From assembly GCA_029564175.1 (NCBI GenBank), contig JAKQQL010000292.1, positions 1 through 14,963 on the forward strand: 14,963 nt of DNA, read 5' to 3'. Shown piece after piece: positions 1-7,516 of this stretch. Under the pieces are notes generated by a model that was not told the origin of the DNA, searched no databases, and worked only from the letters and a program-made list of their open reading frames with translations. The stretch comes from Candidatus Cloacimonadota bacterium (GTDB taxonomy: Bacteria > Cloacimonadota > Cloacimonadia > Cloacimonadales > WRIO01). Numbering within the stretch: the stretch's first letter is position 1; each line of letters starts with the position of its first letter. A program made the position numbers and the translations under genes.

Positions 1-2
1 TA

Positions 3-710
3 GAAAAGATATTATCGGAACACATGTTGTGGCGGAAAGGAATAGGTGGATCAAAAGCAGACTTGTCTGGAGCAAACTTGTCTAGAACAGACTTGTCTGG
101 AATAGACTTATCGGGTGCAGATTTATACGGTGCAAATCTATCAGGTACTGACCTATCATACGCAAATCTATCAGGCGCAGATCTATCAGGCGCCAACCTT
201 TTCAAAGCCGATTTCTACGGTGCCAACCTATCAGGCGCAAACCTATCAGGTGCACTTTTAGGAAATGCAAAACTGCACAAAGCTGACCTATCAGGCGCGA
301 ATTTGAAAAATGCGGATCTGTACAATGCTGACCTATCAGGTGCTGACCTATCAGGCGCTGACCTATCGGGTGCACTTTTAGGAAATGCAAATCTGCACAA
401 AGCTGACCTATCCGGTGCCAACTTGAAAAATGCGGATCTGTCCCATGCCGACCTATCAGATGCGAATTTGAAAAATGCTAATATGTCTGATGCGAATATG
501 TTCTATGCCGACCTATCAGGTGCTGACCTACCAGGCGCCAACCTAACACATGCTGATATGCGCAATTCCGATCTTACCAATGCAAACCTTTCAGGGGCAA
601 CTTTAGATGGGCTGATGCTTTCAGGTGCCAATCTGTCGGGCACTGACATTTTCTTAGCTCATATGGGGGACATGGATACAATCACCACTCCTGCGATAAC
701 AGGCATTTAA
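3..710 (+). CDS. Pentapeptide-repeat protein, 5'-truncated by the window edge
   Basis: Continuous A(D/N)LxG-type pentapeptide repeats. The frame is open upstream of ATG24 to the window edge (EKILSEHMLWRKG...), so the true start is probably outside the window. Confidence 0.95.
   Translation, partial: EKILSEHMLWRKGIGGSKADLSGANLSRTDLSGIDLSGADLYGANLSGTDLSYANLSGADLSGANLFKADFYGANLSGANLSGALLGNAKLHKADLSGANLKNADLYNADLSGADLSGADLSGALLGNANLHKADLSGANLKNADLSHADLSDANLKNANMSDANMFYADLSGADLPGANLTHADMRNSDLTNANLSGATLDGLMLSGANLSGTDIFLAHMGDMDTITTPAITGI
241..460 (+). repeat. Internal direct duplication with 120-nt period in the pentapeptide gene
   Basis: 241-340 and 361-460 are near-identical (acctatc.ggtgcacttttaggaaatgcaaa.ctgcacaaagctgacctatc...ttgaaaaatgcggatctgt). 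Confidence 0.9.
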
Positions 711-761
711 TGCATCCCTTTTCCTTTGGTCGGAACGAAAAGCGGATGCGTAAAAATAGGG

Positions 762-987
762 ATGATGAAAATGAAAAATTATAATCCGAGGGGGTTCTTC
801 TTTCGACGATTTCCTTCGTGAAGAAGGGATTTTTGAAGAATGTTCAAAATTGGCCCTTCTGAAAATATCGGATTGGGATAAACAAGAAATATCGGGCATG
901 ATTGATTCATCAATGGAAAATTTTAAAAAGAATAATGTTTCAAAACCTATTGATCTTTCTGAATTTTCTGATGTAGAGGATGATTAA
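762..987 (+). pseudogene. Frameshifted small ORF with antitoxin-like GSSFDDFLxEEG motif
   Basis: The ATG762/771 frame reads MMKMKNYNPR and stops soon after. Deleting one G from the G5 run at 790-794 joins it to GSSFDDFLREEGIFEECSKLALLK...VSKPIDLSEFSDVEDD* (TAA 985-987). Confidence 0.6.
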
Positions 988-999
988 TATGAATGGTGA

Positions 1000-1227
1000 T
1001 TGGTATATGCCTTATATAATGTCATTAATTTTCTATTGGATAGCATATAGATCAGTGAAAACTATTTCTGTTATGAATTAATTTTTAAAGCTTTTCATAA
1101 TTTGAATAAACACGAATATGAAATGTTTAAAACATGTCTAATGAAAATTGGTGGTTCCTTTAAAAATCGTCTAGAGGAAAGTATTGAAGAGGTTGAATGG
1201 AAGTTTAAAAAATCTGATGAATCATAA
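1000..1227 (+). pseudogene. Possible decayed ORF with internal TAG
   Basis: The frame from TTG1000 to TAA1225-1227 is open except for TAG at 1048-1050. It fills the gap before the next promoter. Confidence 0.3.
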
Positions 1228-1229
1228 AC

Positions 1230-1258
1230 TTGCCAAATTTGATAATCTGTGATATACT
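1230..1258 (+). promoter_or_regulatory. sigma70-type early promoter
   Basis: TTGCCA(1230-1235)-17 bp-TATACT(1253-1258), TGn extended -10, GGAGG RBS downstream. Confidence 0.8.
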
Positions 1259-1287
1259 GGTATTGTTGATTGGGAGGTGGAAGTCTA

Positions 1288-1572
1288 ATGGAAAATGAAA
1301 ATGAATATGTCCCTTATACGGAAGAAGAATTGGAAAATAGAAAATCATATTTGGAAAGTGGGTTTCTTTTAGAAAATCAATTAAATAAATCAGATTCAAC
1401 CAAATGTAAAATTTGTGGATTGAGTTTGGATAGGAACCATTTTAAAAATGAACGATCTTATAAGATGAGTCAACTTCAACATATGTGCCAATTATGCCTC
1501 ATGGATTTATTTGGGTATCCCGGTGGGTGTGAAATAGAAAATCCTTTTGAAAAGCCAAAGAAAAGGGGCTAA
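1288..1572 (+). CDS. Small CxxC...CxxC zinc-finger protein (94 aa)
   Basis: RBS GGAGG 1273-1277 then ATG1288; CKIC...CQLC; similar to the next ORF. Confidence 0.8.
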   Translation: MENENEYVPYTEEELENRKSYLESGFLLENQLNKSDSTKCKICGLSLDRNHFKNERSYKMSQLQHMCQLCLMDLFGYPGGCEIENPFEKPKKRG

Positions 1573-1573
1573 A

Positions 1574-1783
1574 ATGAATCCACTTGAAATAAAAGCTCGA
1601 TTGATTGAATTTCAAAAAAAGGTGGCTTCTGAAAAGTTTGGTATTAATCCTAATGATGATCATGATCAATGTATTGTCTGCGGAGAACAAGTTAATATAA
1701 ATGATTTTCGTGATGAGTTGTCAAGGAAAGAATGGCATATTTCTCAAATGTGCCAAAATTGCCAAGATGAAGTGTTTGACTAA
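1574..1783 (+). CDS. Small CxxC...CxxC zinc-finger protein (69 aa)
   Basis: AGGGG RBS then ATG1574; CIVC...FRDELSRKEWHISQMCQNCQDEVFD. Confidence 0.85.
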   Translation: MNPLEIKARLIEFQKKVASEKFGINPNDDHDQCIVCGEQVNINDFRDELSRKEWHISQMCQNCQDEVFD

Positions 1784-1817
1784 TTTTTCATGTCCTGAAA
1801 GGGGATAAATAAAGTAA

Positions 1818-2012
1818 ATGGTTCAGAAGATTTACACAAAGAAAGACCAGTGGTGTTATACTGCTACGGAAACAGAAGCCAGGAATAAGATTAAGATGGC
1901 TCGTTCGAAGGCTCGTCGGAATGTCGAAAAGAAATATATTGCTGACATTGTTCGTGGCAATATGTCCTACGAAGAGATTGTTGATGGGGAAATGGAACTG
2001 GACATGATTTAA
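1818..2012 (+). CDS. Hypothetical protein (64 aa)
   Basis: AAAGGGG RBS, ATG start, followed by a terminator hairpin. Confidence 0.8.
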   Translation: MVQKIYTKKDQWCYTATETEARNKIKMARSKARRNVEKKYIADIVRGNMSYEEIVDGEMELDMI

Positions 2013-2032
2013 AGGAATAAATTGGGGAAATG

Positions 2033-2063
2033 GAGGGGTCTTGACAAAAGGCCCCTCTTGTTG
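2033..2063 (+). terminator. Intrinsic terminator-like hairpin overlapping a promoter
   Basis: GAGGGGTCTT(2033-2042)/AAGGCCCCTC(2048-2057) stem followed by TTGTTG. Confidence 0.65.
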
Positions 2064-2069
2064 TATAAT
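2041..2069 (+). promoter_or_regulatory. Perfect-consensus sigma70 promoter
   Basis: TTGACA(2041-2046)-17 bp-TATAAT(2064-2069). Confidence 0.9.
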
Positions 2070-2090
2070 TGTGGCACGACTTGAGGGAGG

Positions 2091-2330
2091 ATGATTCTTA
2101 TGATTACAAAAGCTCAGTATTTTGACGTAAGAGTTTTTGGTTCTTTGGATGAAAGGCTTTTTAAAATTTCTACTCAATCTGATAAGGATCAAGTTCCTTT
2201 TAAAATGTTGATTTTTAAAGCCAATCAAAAAGATTGGGCAAATGGTATTGTTTATAATGAAATTAATAAATTTTGCCACGTGAATCACTGTGATATCCCA
2301 ATTGAAAATATTTTAGTTGATTATTATTGA
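2091..2330 (+). CDS. Hypothetical protein
   Basis: GAGGGAGG RBS directly after the promoter; RBS spacing suggests the start may be the later ATG at 2100. Confidence 0.75.
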   Translation: MILMITKAQYFDVRVFGSLDERLFKISTQSDKDQVPFKMLIFKANQKDWANGIVYNEINKFCHVNHCDIPIENILVDYY

Positions 2331-2341
2331 AGGGGTTAAAT

Positions 2342-2443
2342 ATGACTTTTAAATTTGGAAGAAGAACTTACTCGGAATATAAAAATTTGGTGGCAGAAAA
2401 AATGGATAGAGAATTTGAAAGGGAGATGAAAGAAAATGGATAA
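2342..2443 (+). CDS. Small hypothetical protein (33 aa, MTFKFGRRTY...)
   Basis: AGGGG RBS, ATG2342 to TAA2443, tight operon packing; not in the ORF track. Confidence 0.55.
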   Translation: MTFKFGRRTYSEYKNLVAEKMDREFEREMKENG

Positions 2444-2588
2444 AAACTGTTTTGACCAATTCTATTGTGTTGATTGGAATTATGCGGAAGAAGTTGAAGA
2501 AATGTTAGACCCTCTTGGTATTCAGAATCCTAATCTTAATGAGGAAGTTAAAGAATACTATAGGAAGAGAAATCAGGAGGATAGATAA
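2436..2588 (+). CDS. Small hypothetical protein (50 aa, MDKNCFDQFY...)
   Basis: GGGAG RBS at 2421-2425; overlaps the previous stop; not in the ORF track. Confidence 0.65.
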   Translation: MDKNCFDQFYCVDWNYAEEVEEMLDPLGIQNPNLNEEVKEYYRKRNQEDR

Positions 2589-2589
2589 A

Positions 2590-2754
2590 ATGAAGAATAC
2601 AATGTATGAACTTCGTGAAATTTCAAATAATGAAAAGGGATATATTGTTCTTAACATTCATACAAAAAAGGGATTGGCTTATGGTGAACAAGAATCATTG
2701 AGAAATCATGGCAGGAAAGTTTATATCGAAGAGGTCAACAATGAACATCGTTAA
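2590..2754 (+). CDS. Small hypothetical protein (54 aa, MKNTMYELRE...)
   Basis: AGGAGG RBS at 2575-2580 supports ATG2590 rather than the track start at 2515. Confidence 0.7.
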   Translation: MKNTMYELREISNNEKGYIVLNIHTKKGLAYGEQESLRNHGRKVYIEEVNNEHR

Positions 2755-4036
2755 TTTAGTTGAAGAACTTCGAAAGACAAAGGGAAAGAAAGATCATATT
2801 TCTATCCTACAGAAGTATTTGAAAGATGAAAAAATTAAAGCAATTTTATGGTATTGTTATAATCCATTTGTCAAATTTTATATTACAAAAGCTACAACTT
2901 CCAAATATGGAAAGCTTCATATGGAAGATGACTTTGAGGGCCTTGAAAAACTATTGAAGAAACTTTCTTCCAGGCAATTGAGTGGTAAAATGGCTAAAGA
3001 AGAGGTTGCTTTATTTGCTTCCAAGTTTACAAAAGAAGATGTTGATATTCTGACATGTATTTTTAAGAAGTCTCTTGAATCTGGAATTGCTGTTAAAACA
3101 ATCAATACAGCTCTCAATGAAGAATATATTCCCCAATTTGAAGTCCAATTGGCAAATAGTTATATGGATTTTAAATCAAAAAAGAAATCTTCCAAGGTAA
3201 AGAAATTTTGGGAAAGTGTAAAAATGAATGGAATAAGAGGATATTGGATTGAAAATACTACTGACGTTTTGAATTCAAGAAAGGGGCTTCCTCTTTATGG
3301 ATTTGATCACTTGGTGTTGGAAATTCAACAGTTAGCAGACGAATATAATCTCCAATTTGTTGATGGTGAACTATTCAGCACAACAATTCCTTTTCATCAG
3401 ATTCAAAGTATTGTCATGTCAGAGAAGCACGATGATCTGAAAAGAAAAAAGGAATTGAAATTAAATATCTTTGCATTAGGGGTTAAAGGGAAGAATTTAA
3501 CAACTGATGAAATGGTAAATCTAATTGAAGAAATGAGAACAAATGAAAATTTCAAATATATTGAGTTTGTCAAATATGGTGAAATTGAAAATGACTATGA
3601 GAAGATTAAAGAGAAATGCCAAGAATATCTTGAAGAAGGTCAAGAAGGGATTATGCTTCGAAGTGTAGAAATGGCTTATTCTTTTGGTCGAAGTGATGAT
3701 CTTTTGAAGTATAAACCAATTATGGATAAGGAAATGGAAGCGAATCATAAGATATGTGAACTTCGAATCACGGATTTTAAGGAAGGGTCTGGTTGGTGTA
3801 AAAATTCCCTAGGGAGTCTTCGTTGCTGTGGATATTTGCCAGATGGTGAAACTTATGTTGAAACGTGGTGTGGTTCCGGGTTTGACGAGGATGAACGAAA
3901 AGAAATCTGGAACAATCGTGAAAAATATCTTGGCGGGGAAATTGAATTGAAGTATGCTACCATTACAACTAATTCAAAAACAGGGAACAATAGTCTTGAA
4001 TTTCCAATTAAACTTTGTATTAAAATTGATAGGTAA
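2741..4036 (+). CDS. lig: ATP-dependent DNA ligase, T4 gp30-like
   Basis: Motif I KMNGIR, III FVDGELF, IV EGIMLR, V LLKYK, OB-fold GSGFDEDER, VI SLEFPI. GAGG RBS favours ATG2741. Confidence 0.93.
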   Translation: MNIVNLVEELRKTKGKKDHISILQKYLKDEKIKAILWYCYNPFVKFYITKATTSKYGKLHMEDDFEGLEKLLKKLSSRQLSGKMAKEEVALFASKFTKEDVDILTCIFKKSLESGIAVKTINTALNEEYIPQFEVQLANSYMDFKSKKKSSKVKKFWESVKMNGIRGYWIENTTDVLNSRKGLPLYGFDHLVLEIQQLADEYNLQFVDGELFSTTIPFHQIQSIVMSEKHDDLKRKKELKLNIFALGVKGKNLTTDEMVNLIEEMRTNENFKYIEFVKYGEIENDYEKIKEKCQEYLEEGQEGIMLRSVEMAYSFGRSDDLLKYKPIMDKEMEANHKICELRITDFKEGSGWCKNSLGSLRCCGYLPDGETYVETWCGSGFDEDERKEIWNNREKYLGGEIELKYATITTNSKTGNNSLEFPIKLCIKIDR

Positions 4037-4222
4037 TTTGGATGAAATATTTTTGTTATGTTTTGAGTAAATTTTTTGATTTAAACTCTTTGAATAGTGA
4101 AGCTGTGCTAATCGAGACTTAGCAATTTTCTCACCAATTTTTCTATAAATATAACATGAATATGAATCTAAATGATCCAAATTATCTTGGCGAATAATTA
4201 TTAAAAAAGGAGAGATATTCCT

Positions 4223-4687
4223 ATGGAACGACGAAAAGAATTTAAAGGAGATTTTTCTGGAGAAAAATTTATCTTTAGTAATTATTATGAAATTGATATT
4301 ATAATTGATGGGAAAATTTTTCAATCAGTAGAACATTGGTTCCAAGCTAATAAAGCAACAAATGAAAAAGATTTTGAATATGTCCGAGAATCAAATACTG
4401 CCGGGATATCTAAACGACGAGGAAGAAATATTAAATTAAGAGAAGATTGGGATGCCATATGCGAACATGTAATGTATATTGGTGCTAAAGAAAAATTTAA
4501 ACAACATAAACATTTAAGAGATGCATTAATAGCAACTAGAGGAACTATTTTAGAGGAAGGCAATAATTGGGGCGATACTAAATGGGGAGTTGATTATTAT
4601 ACCAGAAAGGGTCAAAATAAATTAGGAATTATTTTAATGAGAGTCAGAGAAGAACTTTATCTAGAGTTTATTAATGAATATCAATGA
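4223..4687 (+). CDS. NADAR (YbiA/DUF1768) family hydrolase
   Basis: FSNYY, SVEHWFQANK, LREDWD, KFKQH, EGNNWGDTKWG and GQNKLGIILMRVR motifs; AGGAG RBS. Confidence 0.95.
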   Translation: MERRKEFKGDFSGEKFIFSNYYEIDIIIDGKIFQSVEHWFQANKATNEKDFEYVRESNTAGISKRRGRNIKLREDWDAICEHVMYIGAKEKFKQHKHLRDALIATRGTILEEGNNWGDTKWGVDYYTRKGQNKLGIILMRVREELYLEFINEYQ

Positions 4688-4815
4688 ATCATAAAGCAAA
4701 ATTTTTAACTTCTCAAAAAGAAATTGATCAAGAAACAATTGAAGAGTTTCGAGAGTTGACAGAATATTTAAATTTGGTTCTATCCAATAAGGATGATGAT
4801 TTAAAATGTCAATAA
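4684..4815 (+). CDS. Small hypothetical protein (43 aa, MNHKAKFLTS...)
   Basis: ATGA overlap with the NADAR stop; its own stop overlaps the MCP start; fills the gap exactly. Confidence 0.55.
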   Translation: MNHKAKFLTSQKEIDQETIEEFRELTEYLNLVLSNKDDDLKCQ

Positions 4816-6836
4816 AAACTAAACTATGGATAATTTTATCTATTGTTATCTTGGTAGTAGGGGGAATGTCATTCACTTCCTACTATCAAGGTAATTCTAT
4901 TTTGACGGAACAGATAAATAAAGTTGGAATTTCAACTGTAGATAATGCAGCAGTTGAAATTGATAATTATTTTAACAGTTTAGAGAATATTGTTGAAAAT
5001 GTATCTGTTAATGTAAGAGATATATATAGAACATCTAATTTTGTAATATCAGATGATTTTCTACAACCTTTAATGATTGATTATACAATAACAAATAAAG
5101 TTAGAGGTGTTGCTGATGTTTATTTCGGTTTAGAATCGTCAGGTAAATTCTCTGATGGAACTAAATGGGATGAAGGGTTAGAATATGATTGTAGAAAAAG
5201 ACCTTGGTATCAATTAGCAGTTTCTAATAAAAAAACTGTTATAACTGAACCTTATATTGATGGTATAACTAAACAATTAGTAATATCAATAACTACTCCT
5301 ACATATGATGAGAAAAGTAATCTTTTAGGCGTGGTAGGAATTGATGTTAATTTAGATGTTTTAGTTAATATGGTTAATAATTTAAAAGTTTTTGGTGTTG
5401 GATATGGATTTTTAACTAATAAAGATGGGTTGATATTAGCACATCCTCAAAAAGAAAGAATGTTTAGAGATAATATTTCCATTGAATCTAATGACATTAT
5501 TCCTAAATCTTTATCTTTAGTAGGAAAAGAAATTATTAAAGGAAAAATTGGATTTGGAGATTATTCTATTGATAATGAAAATAGAAGAATATATTATTCT
5601 CCCACAGTTAAAGGGTTTTTTGTTGGTATAGTATTTCCTGAAAGAGAATTAAATAGTATATTGACTTCTTTAACTACCAAACAGTTAATAGTTGGTGGAC
5701 TAGGGTTTCTTATTGTTCTTGGTATCATCATTCCTATCATTCTGAATTTGAATAAATCCATTAAAGGAATTATTAATGTTTTGATGAAAATGTCAAAACT
5801 TGATTTTAGAAAAGATAGTTCTAACGAATTTCTTCTAAAATCTAAGGGTGAAATTGGACAATTGGTTCAGAATACTCGTAAAATGGAAGAATCAATTTCA
5901 AAATTTATCTTTTCACTGAAGAATGAAATAATGGGTGTTAATAATGTTAGTCAGAATCTTGCTGCTTTATCAGAAGAGTTTACGGCATCCATGGATGAAA
6001 TCAATCATTCTATTGTGAAGGTGTCTGGATTGACAGAAGATAATTCAGCAGCTGTCCAAGAAACAACTGCATCAATTGAAGAAATATCTAGTAGCGTAAC
6101 CCTTCTTGCTCGTTCTTCATCCGAGAGTGCACAGGCATCATCAACGACAAAAACAAATGTTGAAAATGTTCTTAAAGAAGTAGAAAAAATAATTGATGGC
6201 ATTTTGAGTGTTGGTGAACTAGCTTCTAAATCAATTGAAGGAATTCAAATGGTTAAAAATAATGTAGAAGAAGTCCAAAAATTTACAAGAATCATTGATG
6301 ATATTAGTAAATCAACACACCTTCTTTCTATTAATGCCCAAATTGAAGCATCCCTTTCAGGGGATGCAGGAAAGGGATTTGCCGTTGTCGCTCAAGAGAT
6401 TGGTAAATTATCTGGTGATACGAAGAAAGCAACAAAAGAAATTGAAGAAAAAATCACTTCTCTATCTGATAATACCGATATGTCAATGAATATAACTCTT
6501 GATGCTGGAAAAGTAATGCAAGACATTATTGAATTGGCAAAGAAAACAAAAGAAAAGTTGAATAATACGTTAGAACAAACTCACGTATTGGATAATTCAA
6601 TTCAAAGTGTTGCTTCTGCTACCGAAGAACAGTCATCTTCTATTCAGGAAATGGCATCAACAATTGACGTTGTTTCAAAATCTGTTGTTGAAACAACTCA
6701 TGAAATGTCTTTGATTAAACAATCATCGGAAGAATCTTTGAAAGCAGCCATGACAATCAGTGAAGAATCACAACATCTTTCGGGCAGTGTTTCTAATATT
6801 CAGAAAGAGATTGAAAAATTTAAGGTGGATGATTAA
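4806..6836 (+). CDS. Methyl-accepting chemotaxis protein (TM1-dCache_1-TM2-HAMP-signalling domain)
   Basis: Two hydrophobic TM segments; dCache motifs YDCRKRPWY, TEPYID, GVVGID, ILAHP; HAMP EIGQL; signalling domain ...GKGFAVVAQEIGKLS with methylation-type sites (ALSEE, SATEEQS). Confidence 0.95.
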   Translation: MSIKTKLWIILSIVILVVGGMSFTSYYQGNSILTEQINKVGISTVDNAAVEIDNYFNSLENIVENVSVNVRDIYRTSNFVISDDFLQPLMIDYTITNKVRGVADVYFGLESSGKFSDGTKWDEGLEYDCRKRPWYQLAVSNKKTVITEPYIDGITKQLVISITTPTYDEKSNLLGVVGIDVNLDVLVNMVNNLKVFGVGYGFLTNKDGLILAHPQKERMFRDNISIESNDIIPKSLSLVGKEIIKGKIGFGDYSIDNENRRIYYSPTVKGFFVGIVFPERELNSILTSLTTKQLIVGGLGFLIVLGIIIPIILNLNKSIKGIINVLMKMSKLDFRKDSSNEFLLKSKGEIGQLVQNTRKMEESISKFIFSLKNEIMGVNNVSQNLAALSEEFTASMDEINHSIVKVSGLTEDNSAAVQETTASIEEISSSVTLLARSSSESAQASSTTKTNVENVLKEVEKIIDGILSVGELASKSIEGIQMVKNNVEEVQKFTRIIDDISKSTHLLSINAQIEASLSGDAGKGFAVVAQEIGKLSGDTKKATKEIEEKITSLSDNTDMSMNITLDAGKVMQDIIELAKKTKEKLNNTLEQTHVLDNSIQSVASATEEQSSSIQEMASTIDVVSKSVVETTHEMSLIKQSSEESLKAAMTISEESQHLSGSVSNIQKEIEKFKVDD

Positions 6837-7175
6837 ATGGCTAAAATGAATCCATTTAAGAAAACTAAAAAGACTGCCACTCAATATTTGAGAGAAGAGT
6901 TTGAAAAAGAAGAGGGTCTTGATACTTCCGATGAAGATGTTATTAATACAAATTTTGATTTGCATATTGCACCTGTATGTGAAAAAAGATGTATTAAATA
7001 TTTGAATGGGTGTCAAGGATTCTTCACAATTAGTAAAACAGCTTGGTTGAAATGTCCTGATTTTAAAATGAAACGAAAAGAAAAATCAGATAAATCTGAT
7101 GAAATTGAAAATGATGTTATTGAAGAAGTTAAACCAAAGAAACGGGAAAGACCAAAGAAGGTGATAAATAATTGA
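6837..7175 (+). CDS. Hypothetical Cys-containing protein
   Basis: AAGGTGG RBS, abuts the MCP stop; CEKRC...C...C cluster. Confidence 0.75.
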   Translation: MAKMNPFKKTKKTATQYLREEFEKEEGLDTSDEDVINTNFDLHIAPVCEKRCIKYLNGCQGFFTISKTAWLKCPDFKMKRKEKSDKSDEIENDVIEEVKPKKRERPKKVINN

Positions 7176-7363
7176 ATAAAAACAATAGATATACGATTGT
7201 ATTGGCTGATTCTGCTGAAGGATTAGTTGAAAAAGTCAATCAGAGGATTGATGAAGGATGGGAATTGGTTGGCGGCCATTGTGCTTTTCCTAATGGAACA
7301 GTGATCACTTTTTCACAGTCAATGGTTTTTCGTCAAAAAATTCCTATTAAAAAGATGATTTAA
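7172..7363 (+). CDS. DUF1737-like small protein
   Basis: Y.IV...LVEKVNQRIDEGWELVGG...FSQSMV pattern; AAGGTGA RBS before TTG. Confidence 0.75.
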   Translation: MNKNNRYTIVLADSAEGLVEKVNQRIDEGWELVGGHCAFPNGTVITFSQSMVFRQKIPIKKMI

Positions 7364-7369
7364 AATGGT

Positions 7370-7405
7370 GGGGGTGGACACTTCAAGGTTCGCCCCCCAT
7401 TTTTA
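7370..7405 (+). terminator. Intrinsic terminator
   Basis: GGGGGTGGAC(7370-7379)/GTTCGCCCCC(7388-7397) stem followed by a T-run. Confidence 0.85.
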
Positions 7406-7442
7406 TTTGGAAAACCCCAAGAAAACCCTGTTAGAAATTCAC

Positions 7443-7471
7443 TTGCCAAGATGGGCCACTTGTGGTATACT
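7443..7471 (+). promoter_or_regulatory. sigma70-type early promoter
   Basis: TTGCCA(7443-7448)-17 bp-TATACT(7466-7471) with extended -10; shares downstream GGT.TTGTTG with the promoter at 1230. Confidence 0.8.
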
Positions 7472-7516
7472 GGTCTTGTTGGGTGAGAGAAATCCAAAAT
7501 TGATGATAAAGGAGTT

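Noticed and set aside
202..421. Minus-strand ORFs with APDRS-like repeats
   Set aside because: Antisense shadows of the pentapeptide repeats.
241..540. Recurring gacctatcagg units as a CRISPR array
   Set aside because: They follow a 15-nt coding periodicity and have no unique spacers.
712..749. Hairpin GCATCC...GGATGC after the pentapeptide gene
   Set aside because: Imperfect stem with no U-tract; not enough to call a terminator or an RNA.
1048..1050. In-frame TAG as evidence of stop-codon recoding
   Set aside because: Single case. All long genes are intact in the standard code, and TAG ends the phosphoesterase just before a terminator.
3460..4010. Ligase motif variants (IFA for FD, LEFP for LRFP) as signs of inactivation
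   Set aside because: The catalytic Lys and motifs III, IV and V are intact, so this is likely ordinary divergence.
4144..4151. TATAAATA, the T4 late promoter consensus
   Set aside because: Isolated copy in AT-rich DNA; no matching copy upstream of the scaffold or capsid genes.
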